The position numbers and the translations under genes were made by a program. From NCBI GenBank assembly GCA_047284725.1, contig JBJBEO010000001.1, forward strand, positions 1,464,203 through 1,528,202: a DNA stretch of 64,000 nucleotides, in the 5' to 3' direction. Below, piece by piece: positions 19,575-29,000 of the stretch (the stretch's first letter is position 1; each line of letters begins with the position of its first letter). This DNA is from Synechococcus sp. Lineage in GTDB: Bacteria; Cyanobacteriota; Cyanobacteriia; PCC-6307; Cyanobiaceae. The notes beneath the pieces were generated by a model. It was not told the origin of the DNA and did no database searches. It worked only from the letters and a program-made list of their open reading frames with translations.

Positions 19575-19945
19575 ATGCAGCAAGCGACTCTGGTGTCAGG
19601 GTCTCCAGGATGCGGAAAAAACCGCTTGGGCACTCCAGGCCTTCCTGGCCCACCACGGCCCTCGCACTTACTTGCGACTGGTCGGTGATGAGCAGGAGGG
19701 ACTGCAACCGGGTCAGGACAGTGGAATCGATCTGGCGTGGCTTCAGGATCAGCTATCAGACCTTCAATCTCCTCTTGCTGCCGACAAAGCAACCAAGACC
19801 GGGTCCGACGATGAACTGATCGTGATCGAGGTCCAACAGTTCCGGCCACCGCAGGTCGAAGGACTCGATGGTTACGAAGCAGCGGTGCAACGCCTGCTTG
19901 CGGAGCTCGACATCCGACCCAGCCGGTTCTTGCACTTTGGCACCC
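19575..19945 (+). pseudogene. Frameshifted, truncated P-loop (CobW/COG0523-like) protein remnant
   Basis: SD GGAGGA 19561-66; MQQATLVSGSPGCGK, then a 6-A run (19616-21) where 5 A would give GKTAWALQAFLAHHGPRTYLRL...GIDLAWLQDQ...RFLHFG; end approximate. Confidence 0.7.
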
Positions 19946-20176
19946 AGTGGCCGTTCAAGAGGATTTGGCTGACTCAGATCGGTCAGGCCTGCCAAGGGAT
20001 CAAGTTCAGTGCAACCTCAGATTCACGTCTTTCAGCAAAGAGGCGCCAATCATCCAGGCTCCGACGAGCAGGCCCTCCAGCTCCAATGGTGTTGTGTCTG
20101 AGGACAGGCCAAAGGGAATCAGGCTGAATCCGAATCGGCACCCCACGGGTATGAACAACAGCCATCCACATTTGCC

Positions 20177-20653
20177 TTGAAACATCGTGCTGTCGCCCTC
20201 GGGCTACTCATCGGTGGCGTGATGCCCCTCGCTACCGCTGTGGCTCCACTGTCGAACATGCCGGCAGGGGCCATGCTCTCGACACCTGCCCATGCGGCGT
20301 CTCCGCTTGCAGCATCCCTGCAGGACAAACCCGTTGTTGTTGAAATTTATGCCTCATGGTGCAGCGCTTGCCAGGCCATCAAGCCTGTGATGAAGACCCT
20401 CCGCCAGAAGGAAGGCGACTCCGTGCACTGGGTACGCTTTGATGTCACGAACGCGGCGGCTGCACAACAATCGGCTGTTCGTGCAAACAGTCTCGGCCTT
20501 GGCCCGTTTTTCAACACCAACCGCAGTCAGACCAGCCTGGTCAGCATCATCAACCCGCAAACGGGTCAAGCCATCAAAACCTTTCGAGCCCAACCGGATC
20601 TTGATGCGTATCTCCAGGCCATTGACACAACACGGTCAATGATTGGTGGTTAA
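20177..20653 (+). CDS. Exported thioredoxin-like protein
   Basis: Signal-like N-terminus, KPVVVEIYASWCSAC active site. Confidence 0.85.
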   Translation: MKHRAVALGLLIGGVMPLATAVAPLSNMPAGAMLSTPAHAASPLAASLQDKPVVVEIYASWCSACQAIKPVMKTLRQKEGDSVHWVRFDVTNAAAAQQSAVRANSLGLGPFFNTNRSQTSLVSIINPQTGQAIKTFRAQPDLDAYLQAIDTTRSMIGG

Positions 20654-20659
20654 GCGGAG

Positions 20660-21508
20660 ATGGCAATGTTCAGATCCAAGTTGTGGGTGCCCCGCCGAAC
20701 ACAGCTGATGTGTCTGGCATTGATCGCAGCCGTGATTGCGATGTCTGCAGGGCCGATTGAACGCGTTGTTCTTTCCATCAGCCAGAGCTACGCCGACTGG
20801 CTCACCCACTGGAGTGGCAGTCATCGCTGGGCTGTCCTTGGACTGCCAGTCCTGGCATTCGGGGGTGGCCTGATTGCCAGCGTGTCTCCCTGCGTGCTGG
20901 CACTGCTGCCTGTTCAACTCTCGTATCTCGGGGCGCAACAGCAGCAACGCCCCAACCCCGCCAAGGTGATTCAGTTCAGCCTGGGAGTAGTGACCGCCTA
21001 CAGCATCCTCGGGTTATTCACATCTCTGGCCGGGGCTTTGATCATTGACCATCGAGGTGCTTTGTTCATCACGGCAGGTGTGATCGTGATCGCCATGGCT
21101 CTGCAACTGAAAGGTTGGGGCCCGCGCCTTCCATGGCATCGCCTGAATCTCAGCCCCATGGGCAATCCAGGTCGGATGAAACAGTTGCCGATTGGTGCCT
21201 TTTTGATTGGCTTCACCTTCGCACTGGTCACATCTCCCTGTGCCAGCCCTGTCCTGGCGGCCGTGATCAGTGCCGCTGCAGCCGCTGGTTCGCCTGCCTT
21301 GGCGACTGCAGCCATGGTCTTGTACGCCGTTGGCTACAGCATGGTGATTCTGCTGGCGGGGTTAGGCGTCGAACTCGGTGGACTACGCCGAAATCTGCTC
21401 GCCCGTGGCGATCAGATTTCGGGGATCAGTGCCATGGTGCTGTTCACCTTCGGGGTGATCTATCTCTGGACTGGTATCCAGAATCTGCAACTGCCGAGTT
21501 CAGTGTGA
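20660..21508 (+). CDS. ccdA: CcdA/DsbD transmembrane electron transporter
   Basis: Redox cysteine motifs SVSPCVLALLP and TSPCASPVL; multiple TM helices. Confidence 0.85.
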   Translation: MAMFRSKLWVPRRTQLMCLALIAAVIAMSAGPIERVVLSISQSYADWLTHWSGSHRWAVLGLPVLAFGGGLIASVSPCVLALLPVQLSYLGAQQQQRPNPAKVIQFSLGVVTAYSILGLFTSLAGALIIDHRGALFITAGVIVIAMALQLKGWGPRLPWHRLNLSPMGNPGRMKQLPIGAFLIGFTFALVTSPCASPVLAAVISAAAAAGSPALATAAMVLYAVGYSMVILLAGLGVELGGLRRNLLARGDQISGISAMVLFTFGVIYLWTGIQNLQLPSSV

Positions 21509-22017
21509 GCTCTCCCCGTGCCATCAGCCCAGAGGAACTGGGCCGTCTCTACGACGACCATGCACCTGCAGTCCATCGGCTCGCGTTCAGCCTTCTGTCT
21601 CAGCGTCAGGAGGCTGAAGATCTCACGCATGATGTCTTCCTCAGGGTTCAGCGCGGCGGCTTCAAAGCGGAACGTGGATCAATCCGTCAGTACCTCTTAC
21701 TGCTGACTCGCTCGATGGGCCTCAACAGACTGAAGCAACATCGCAATCGCCGGCGAATCCTTGAGTGCTTCAGGCCTGGGTCAGGAAGAAACGACCCGAT
21801 CGATCTACAGGCCATTGATGCCCGCGTCAATCTTGAGCGAGCCCTCTCTCAGCTCTCATCCCGGGAACAACAGATTCTTGCCATGAATTACCGCGAAGGC
21901 ATCAGTCAGAGCCACATTGCGACCACATTGCAACTGCCCCTGGGAACGGTGAAAACGATCAGCCGTCGGGCATTGCTCAAACTCCGTCAGGCTCTGTCGT
22001 CACAACAAGGGAGTTGA
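21505..22017 (+). CDS. ECF sigma-70 factor (SigK-like)
   Basis: GTG start overlapping the ccdA stop; region 2 LYDDHA...EAEDLTHDVF; region 4 GISQSHIATTLQLPLGTVKT. Confidence 0.85.
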   Translation: MSSPRAISPEELGRLYDDHAPAVHRLAFSLLSQRQEAEDLTHDVFLRVQRGGFKAERGSIRQYLLLLTRSMGLNRLKQHRNRRRILECFRPGSGRNDPIDLQAIDARVNLERALSQLSSREQQILAMNYREGISQSHIATTLQLPLGTVKTISRRALLKLRQALSSQQGS

Positions 22018-22736
22018 CCATGACTTCACAACACCAAACGAACAATGCATTCAGCAAGCACCATGAACTGCTTGCCGGCAAGGTGCTGGGCAACCTCAGC
22101 TCCGATGAACGCTCCGCCTTGGCCGAGCAACAGCCTCTTTCAGCAGAAGAGCAGACGCTGCTTGATGAACTCCAGACTGCACACACCCGAATGGAGCACC
22201 ACTCATCTCCACCGCTGTCTGCAGCGGTGAAGCAGCGTCTGTTGCAGGCAGCTCGTCGACCAAGAAGCCCCAATCGTCAGCACTGGCTGATTGGAGGATT
22301 GGTTCTGCTCCTGACGCTGACCGGAGCAGAGCTCTATCGATCAAAACTCCAGCTTGCACAACAGAATCCAGACACGCCTTCACTGGCTGTACATCCTGAT
22401 GACCGTGCCTTTGTGCTGCATGCAACCAAGGCAGGAATGATGCATCAGGCGCATGGTGAAGTCCTCATTCGTCCAGGGCAGGGAACCAATCTTCTGACCG
22501 TGAATCACCTGCCACAGGCCCCCAAAGGGAAGCTCTATCGACTCTGGGCCATCACGCCTGATGGCGTGAAAGGTTGCGTCCATTTTCTTCCGGATCAAGG
22601 TGGAAATGTCGTGATGACCCTCCCGTCCCAACCCACGGGATCAGCCACAGAGCTGCTGATCAGCCTTGACCCTGTTGCATCCCGTGAGCGGATTGATTCG
22701 CAACCTGAAGACCCTGTTCTAGCCAGTGCTATTTGA
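22014..22736 (+). CDS. Anti-sigma factor (RskA-like)
   Basis: N-terminal ELLAGKVLGNLSSDE, single TM, periplasmic LPQAPKGKLYRLWA motif; overlaps the sigma stop codon. Confidence 0.82.
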   Translation: MTMTSQHQTNNAFSKHHELLAGKVLGNLSSDERSALAEQQPLSAEEQTLLDELQTAHTRMEHHSSPPLSAAVKQRLLQAARRPRSPNRQHWLIGGLVLLLTLTGAELYRSKLQLAQQNPDTPSLAVHPDDRAFVLHATKAGMMHQAHGEVLIRPGQGTNLLTVNHLPQAPKGKLYRLWAITPDGVKGCVHFLPDQGGNVVMTLPSQPTGSATELLISLDPVASRERIDSQPEDPVLASAI

Positions 22737-22918
22737 GCTTTCAATCGGATGTGCGGGAGAGCGACGTTGCTGTCAACAACAACCCTGCACAGTTTGATTC
22801 ATTCGCCCGTCGATCCGTTCTGCGCCGGCAGATCCTCAGTATCGGAATGATCCAGTTCGTCTGTGGCTCTGTGGGATCAGCACGGTCAGACTCAAAGGAT
22901 GACCGCGATAAAGACGAG

Positions 22919-24634
22919 ATGGCTCCCTCCGTCGTGACCTACGCCCTTGATCGCCTCGCAGATCTCGGAATCGGCCATGTTTTCGGTGTACCGGGTGACT
23001 ATGCCTTTCCGATCAACGATGCTGTGGAGGTGCATCCACGGCTGCAATGGGTGCCATCGGCCAATGAGCTCAATGCGGCCTACGCCGCTGATGGCTATGC
23101 GCGCCGACGGGGAGCTGGCATCGTCTGCACCACCTATGGCGTCGGTGAACTGAGTGCGCTCAATGGCCTGATGGGTGCAATGGCAGAGCGTCTTCCCGTC
23201 TTTCATCTGGTGGGCACACCCAGTCAGCGGATCGTGCGTCAAGGGCTGATCTGTCATCACACCCTCGGAGATCGCCACTATGAGCGCTTTGAGGCCATTT
23301 CTGCGTCGGCCAGTTGTGTGAGCGCCAGGCTCACCCCTGAAAACGCTGTGATCGAACTGGAGCGCGTGATTGACAAGGCTCTTGAGCAGTCCAGACCGGC
23401 CTATCTCACGTTTCCCATGGATCTGGCGCTGATGCCGATCACCGGGACCCCGATCCAGGGATCTCCGATCGGCGAGATCAACCAACACAAAAGCGTATCC
23501 AGGGAACTGGAGGCAGTGCTTGATCTCTTGGAGGCAAGGATCGATGCAGCATCCAATCCCGTTGTACTGCCGACCATCACCCTGAAGCGGTTCGGCCTGG
23601 TGAGTGCATTCGAGGCATTCCTTCAGGCCTCGGGTCTGGCCTACGCCACAACACCGATGGACAAGTCACTCCTGTCCGAGGATCACCCCGCCTTCCTTGG
23701 GATGTACAACGGCAATCGATCGACACCTGCATCCCTGCGGAGCGTGGTGGAGGACGCCGATCTGGTCATCGATATTGGTGGGTTGGTACTCGAAGACCTC
23801 AATACAGGTCTGTGGAGTGGGTCACTGGATCCCAACCGGCTCGTTGCATTGCACGCCGACTGGGTGCAGGCGGGCAATCAGGTGTTCACAAGTGTCAGCA
23901 TCAGTGATGGTCTGGAGGGATTGACGAGGCGTTTTGAGAACGCACCGAAACGCCTGTCCTGGTGGGGAGAGCGACGACCTGTCAAACCCGCTGAGCTGCT
24001 GCCGCTCAGCGACGCCATGGATCAGCCCACCAGCTCAGCAAGCTTCTACCCCCAACTCCAACGATTTTTGCGCCCGTCCGACCTCCTGGTGTCCGATACC
24101 GGCACCTGTCTTCTGAAGCTCAATGCCATCCGACTTCCGGCAGAGGTAGCGATGGAAAGTCAGACCCTCTGGTCATCCATCGGGTGGGGCACCCCGGCAG
24201 CGCTGGGATGTGCCCTGGCGGAACCGGAGCGCAGGGTCGTTCTGGTCACCGGTGACGGTGCCCACCAGCTCACGATGCAGGAGATCGGAGTGATGGGTTT
24301 CACGGGAGTGAATCCTGTGGTGATCGTTCTCAACAACGGCCTTTACGGGGTGGAGGCCTTAATCAGTGAGACAGGTCATGCCTACAACGATTTACCCCCT
24401 TGGCGTTATGCAGACATTCCGCCTGCGCTGGGATGCAACGGTTGGTGGTGTGGACGGGCTGCAACAGAAGAACAACTCAAACAGGCATTGGCAGCAATCA
24501 ACGAGCACCAAGGAGCGTCCTACCTCGAAGTGCTGATTCCGGCAGAAGAAAGCCAACCCCTGGCCGAGGAGGTGATTGAAACCATGCATCAGACGATGAC
24601 CCCGCATTCCAGCCATTGCGCTGACGATCAGTGA
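22919..24634 (+). CDS. ThDP-dependent alpha-keto acid decarboxylase (pyruvate/indolepyruvate decarboxylase family)
   Basis: FGVPGDY, NELNAAYAADGYAR, TTYGVGELSA, HHTLGD, GDGAHQLTMQE...NN ThDP motif; start set at ATG 22919. Confidence 0.9.
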   Translation: MAPSVVTYALDRLADLGIGHVFGVPGDYAFPINDAVEVHPRLQWVPSANELNAAYAADGYARRRGAGIVCTTYGVGELSALNGLMGAMAERLPVFHLVGTPSQRIVRQGLICHHTLGDRHYERFEAISASASCVSARLTPENAVIELERVIDKALEQSRPAYLTFPMDLALMPITGTPIQGSPIGEINQHKSVSRELEAVLDLLEARIDAASNPVVLPTITLKRFGLVSAFEAFLQASGLAYATTPMDKSLLSEDHPAFLGMYNGNRSTPASLRSVVEDADLVIDIGGLVLEDLNTGLWSGSLDPNRLVALHADWVQAGNQVFTSVSISDGLEGLTRRFENAPKRLSWWGERRPVKPAELLPLSDAMDQPTSSASFYPQLQRFLRPSDLLVSDTGTCLLKLNAIRLPAEVAMESQTLWSSIGWGTPAALGCALAEPERRVVLVTGDGAHQLTMQEIGVMGFTGVNPVVIVLNNGLYGVEALISETGHAYNDLPPWRYADIPPALGCNGWWCGRAATEEQLKQALAAINEHQGASYLEVLIPAEESQPLAEEVIETMHQTMTPHSSHCADDQ

Positions 24635-24644
24635 GGACCGAGGC

Positions 24645-25721
24645 TCAGGCAAGAGAGGACAGGACCTCGAGCGCCTCCAGTTCCACGACCAGGGAGCAGG
24701 ATCTCTCGATCCACTCATCGTTGAGCAAAATTGCGCGGGAGCTGATGTTGGGATCCAGCTGCCAGTTGTGCAGCAGAAGCACCGAACTCAAACAGCGCAA
24801 CGCTGCCAACTGAACATCAGCCCAGGCATCGGCAAGCGTGTAGTCCTTCACACCGTGCGATATCAAACTCTGATGCCAACGCGTGCAGAGCTCACGCAAC
24901 CGCCCGCGTCGCGCGGGCATCGGCACGCCTCCGCCGATGAGGTAAGCGAGATCCAGTGCAGCCAAGGATCGTGTGGGGGTTCCCCAGTCGAGCACCACCA
25001 CGTCACGCTGTGAGTTGTTCCGTGCAAACAACACGTTCTCCACCCGCAGATCGCCATGGACCAGGGTTGCTGGCCGCTGCGCCATGGCGTCGTCGATGGC
25101 CTGTGAGTGCTCGATCACCAAGGCGATCGCCTTGAGCGCCTCCGGCTCAACACGAAGCTCGTAGTCATTCAGAAAATTGCGATGAAAGGCTGACAGGGTC
25201 TCCGTACTGCCTTGAAACCAGAACTGATGATCAGGCAACCAGTCATGGCCCTGCAACGCCGATGAATTCCAGAACCGGGCATGCACCTGGGCGATCGCAT
25301 CAAGCACCTGAGAACTCGCATCAGCCGTCACTCCCCGCACCTGGTTTCCGGCCTCCATGACCGAAAGGTCCTCCAGCAACAACCAACGCCCCTCGTCGCT
25401 GGACCCATTGCCCGTCGCATGATGACGGGGCACCAATGCGGCGAACTGTGTAGCAAACGTGTGGTAAAAACCCACTTCCCGGCGAAAACAATTCAGCTTC
25501 AGCGCGATTTCGCGGCTGTGAGGATCGTCACTATCGATCTTGAGAATCAAGGATGACGGGAGGTCATCCGAAGAACCTCGTGGTCGCAGGCGCATGGTGT
25601 TCGAGGTGAACCCCTGAGGCACCCCTAAAGGCTCAATCTCCAGGTCATCAACAGGAAGCTCCAACTGCTCACTGAGCCAACCAGCATCGATCAGACGTCC
25701 GGAGGGCAGATGGGGGATCAA
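24645..25721 (-). CDS. APH/EcKinase-like phosphotransferase
   Basis: REVGFY, LLLEDL, HARFW, LVHGDLRVEN and LDWG kinase motifs. Confidence 0.85.
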   Translation of the reverse strand: MIPHLPSGRLIDAGWLSEQLELPVDDLEIEPLGVPQGFTSNTMRLRPRGSSDDLPSSLILKIDSDDPHSREIALKLNCFRREVGFYHTFATQFAALVPRHHATGNGSSDEGRWLLLEDLSVMEAGNQVRGVTADASSQVLDAIAQVHARFWNSSALQGHDWLPDHQFWFQGSTETLSAFHRNFLNDYELRVEPEALKAIALVIEHSQAIDDAMAQRPATLVHGDLRVENVLFARNNSQRDVVVLDWGTPTRSLAALDLAYLIGGGVPMPARRGRLRELCTRWHQSLISHGVKDYTLADAWADVQLAALRCLSSVLLLHNWQLDPNISSRAILLNDEWIERSCSLVVELEALEVLSSLA

Positions 25722-26125
25722 CAGTCAAGCCTCAGAGTGAATGTTGACTGTATCGCTCATCAATCAAGTTCGTCACACCCAGAAGAGACCGAGGCAACAC
25801 CTCACAAGACAGTGAGAAAGACAGCAGGCTGACATCAAGATGGCCTCAGAAAGGCCAGACATGGTGGCAGCATCAATCAGCAATCAGCTGAAAGACGCAG
25901 AAAACATTCACAGTCCAGGCAACAAAAGTTCTGGCCAAAACAGCCCGACTCCCCAGTGGAAACAACCCTCAACACAGCCTGCTGATGCAAGAGCCCATCC
26001 CCAAGATGGGAGGCACGTGACATGAAGAGCCGGGTCGAACAGCTCAGCCGACTTAGCTAACGCTGAAACCCACGGGACGATCACAAAAAGCAAACTAGGC
26101 CTGTTTCCGATCACGCGCCACGATC

Positions 26126-26290
26126 ATGGAAGAATCCGATGTCATGCTTCCGATGAGCAAGCTGATTCGATTTCACAAGCGCCTCATCGCGATGGCTCAG
26201 GTCAACCTGGGACTAAGCGATTATCAAATCATCTGGCTGTCTTTCGCCAAGGGATTGCTGCTGGGAATCGTCCTGATGATGCTCTTGTAA
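26126..26290 (+). CDS. Small membrane protein (below ORF-track cutoff)
   Basis: MEESDVMLPMSKLIRFHKRLIAMAQVNLGLSDYQIIWLSFAKGLLLGIVLMMLL; amphipathic helix plus C-terminal TM; alternative starts 26144 and 26153. Confidence 0.65.
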   Translation: MEESDVMLPMSKLIRFHKRLIAMAQVNLGLSDYQIIWLSFAKGLLLGIVLMMLL

Positions 26291-26426
26291 GAAAGATGCT
26301 GGCTCCAGGATCAGTCCGTTCACAGTGACATCAATACCAACGCATGGTTAGCCCGGAGGCCAACCGCCTATTCCCTGAACGATCACCACAGGGGCACGCA
26401 GACCATCAACAAGCTAAAATGACTAG

Positions 26427-26798
26427 ATGAACCGTCTCAAGTGTGCCGCCGCCTCACTTCTGGGCGCTGTTGCAGTCTTGATTGCAACCCCGATTGATGC
26501 CGACCCACTCTTTGAGGCGGATCCGGGCGTCTCTTTTGTCGGCACCTACTGCATCGAAAAAACGACAACCTCATCAGAGAGGAAGACACGGATAACTTAT
26601 CGAGAAGGGCCCTGCACGCTTGGCAGAACCTCTCGTGGATTTCAAATTTTTGGGCACGACTGGGGGAAACGAGAATACCCACTGGATGAGATTGGTCGTT
26701 CAATCGAAGTGAAGCGAACGCTCAGCCTGCTCATTGTCTTCAAGCAGGGAAATTCATCCCTCTATGTTTATGCCAGCAAACCAGATGAGCGACCATAA
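26427..26798 (+). CDS. Exported hypothetical protein
   Basis: ATG start, signal peptide, Cys pair in the mature part. Confidence 0.55.
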   Translation: MNRLKCAAASLLGAVAVLIATPIDADPLFEADPGVSFVGTYCIEKTTTSSERKTRITYREGPCTLGRTSRGFQIFGHDWGKREYPLDEIGRSIEVKRTLSLLIVFKQGNSSLYVYASKPDERP

Positions 26799-26905
26799 AT
26801 CAACGTTGACCAAGACACAAAATCAGATACGCAAATCACCAGGCCCACCCATCACTGCATGCAACCTCAAGAGTCACGCAGTCCACTGGAGAGACATTGC
26901 GCGGA

Positions 26906-27277
26906 TCAGTTCTGATCCCCACAGGATCTGGCGATCTGACGCGAGCAGGAAATGCGCAGAAACGTGAGCATCACAGCCAGCAAGGAAAGCGGCAGGTACC
27001 AGCCGCCCGGACCAGCCAGGCCTCCGACGGGTCGCAGCCCCAGATCAATCAGCACGACCAGCAACGCAATCAAGACCACAGCGATCAACCACCGAAACGG
27101 GAGAAGCGCTTGATGCTGATCGACAACAGGCCAGAGCAGCACCAACGCTCGACAGATCACAGGCACCGACAGCAGCAGCAATGGCCACCATGAACGGTTC
27201 TCCACAGCTCCCACCAGAGGTGCGATGCAGAGCAGGCCAACCACGCCGCGGTGCAGGGGGAGAGTCCAGCTGATCAT
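26906..27277 (-). CDS. Hypothetical membrane protein
   Basis: About four hydrophobic segments in 123 aa. Confidence 0.55.
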   Translation of the reverse strand: MISWTLPLHRGVVGLLCIAPLVGAVENRSWWPLLLLSVPVICRALVLLWPVVDQHQALLPFRWLIAVVLIALLVVLIDLGLRPVGGLAGPGGWYLPLSLLAVMLTFLRISCSRQIARSCGDQN

Positions 27278-27535
27278 GGTGAACTCACCTCCTCAAGCTG
27301 CATCGCCCGTGAATAGACAAACCTAGAGCGACCTCGAACCAACAATCCAGAGAAACAGCGATCAGGTCCACATCGCGCCACCGAAACATCCTGGCCTGCA
27401 GGTCCTTCTGCCAAGCCTCTGAATCCACAGCCTGCGATCCGTGTCTGAATCCCTGCTTTATTGACTGATCGCTGAGCCGATCGCGGCTCCAGGCCGCCAG
27501 CCATAGAGTTCGTTCAAAGAAAGGTTCTGATCACG

Positions 27536-28900
27536 GTGACTGACGACCTGAAACCGCTTCCTGGCCGGAAGGGCGTCCTGATCGGGGTCAGGGAATCAGT
27601 GGCCTACCTGAAAGATCAGGATCAGTTTATTGCCGATCGAACGGCACGTTTTGGGCCCGTCTTCGGAACAACCTTGTTTTTCCGACCCACCGCCGTTGTG
27701 GGAGGTAGCAAAGCCGTTGAGGAATTTCTTGAGAAAGAGCGCTCCATCTCCGAAAGCTCCCTTCCCCCAGCCTTTCAACACCTGCACACCCACTACGGAG
27801 CACTGAATCAGCAAGGGGCCAGACACCGCTCAACCCGCGCTGGTTACGCTCCACTCTTCAACAACAGCGCATTTGGAGCCTTCCTACCGGCCCTGAATCG
27901 TCGCATCACCGCGTTCGTTGATGAGGTGGTGAAGCGCGGCACCACATGCATCGCCTTCGATTGCAAACGCGTCTGCCTCGATCTCTTCGCCGAGATCTTC
28001 ACCGGCGAACCACTCACCGACGCTGAAGCTGAGGCTTTCGTCACCTACAACAATGCTCTTCTCAGTCTGAGCAAACTGCTGCCATCCTTCCGTCGCGGTG
28101 AGGTTGCTCTTGCTGATCTACAGATGTCGATGCTGCGACGTCTCGAGCGATTCCGGAGAGGAGAGCTAACCGGCCACGCCTTCACGGTGTTCAGCACAAA
28201 CCACGACGAGACTGGACAGCCATGGAGCGATGAACGAATCGTCACGGCGACGGTGCTGATGATCTGGGGCGCCTTCATCGAGGTGGCATCCCTGATCAGC
28301 AACTGCCTGATTCTCTGTGCCGACAAACCGGAGATCAGGCAGACAGTGCTTGAGGAAGCAAGCCGCGAGAATCTGGACGACCGGAACTGGCCTGGAACCA
28401 TCGACGCCTGGAGGCTTCCCTACACGCAGGGTGTCCTGCGTGAATCCCTGCGACTGCTTCCTCCGGGCGGCGGTGGCTTTCGAATGACATCCGTTGATAT
28501 CTCAATCGCAGGATTTCGCATTCCCGCGGGAACGGTGGTGACCGCCGACCCTCGGATCGGCAACCGGATGCCCTCACTCTTTCCCAACCCGGAAGGCTTT
28601 TCCCCCGAGCGCTGGACGCCCGCAGGCGCCACCACGACCAGCCGGTGTCCCGTCGCAGGAACAGCCCTGCAGCTGCCCAAAGGCACCTGGTTCCCAGGTG
28701 GCACCGGACACCACGGCTGCCCCGGGATCCCCCTTGCGGAACTGTGCGTGAAAATCTTTCTGGTGCGCTGGATGCAGGTCATTCAGGGTTGGCGACAACC
28801 GGAAGGTGCACCGGATGCAGTCCCCTACTCACTCCTTCCGATTCGCATTCCCACCGATGACTACCGTTTGGTCATTGCGCCAGCGAGAGTGCCGTGCTGA
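27536..28900 (+). CDS. Cytochrome P450 with atypical motifs
   Basis: ExxR (LRESLRL), PERW, heme-Cys loop WFPGGTGHHGCPG; I-helix GAFIEVAS lacks the conserved Thr. Confidence 0.85.
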   Translation: MTDDLKPLPGRKGVLIGVRESVAYLKDQDQFIADRTARFGPVFGTTLFFRPTAVVGGSKAVEEFLEKERSISESSLPPAFQHLHTHYGALNQQGARHRSTRAGYAPLFNNSAFGAFLPALNRRITAFVDEVVKRGTTCIAFDCKRVCLDLFAEIFTGEPLTDAEAEAFVTYNNALLSLSKLLPSFRRGEVALADLQMSMLRRLERFRRGELTGHAFTVFSTNHDETGQPWSDERIVTATVLMIWGAFIEVASLISNCLILCADKPEIRQTVLEEASRENLDDRNWPGTIDAWRLPYTQGVLRESLRLLPPGGGGFRMTSVDISIAGFRIPAGTVVTADPRIGNRMPSLFPNPEGFSPERWTPAGATTTSRCPVAGTALQLPKGTWFPGGTGHHGCPGIPLAELCVKIFLVRWMQVIQGWRQPEGAPDAVPYSLLPIRIPTDDYRLVIAPARVPC

Positions 28901-29000
28901 CTGAGACCATCGCGCCAGGCCAAGCGATGCAAGCGATGCCAAAAATCCCGATAGAGCCATCAATCACTTGTTCAGAGATCTAGTGACAACAACCGCAGAA

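Noticed and set aside
21115..21504. Long N-terminal extension of the ECF sigma ORF
   Set aside because: Overlaps ccdA out of frame; the sigma domain starts at GTG 21505.
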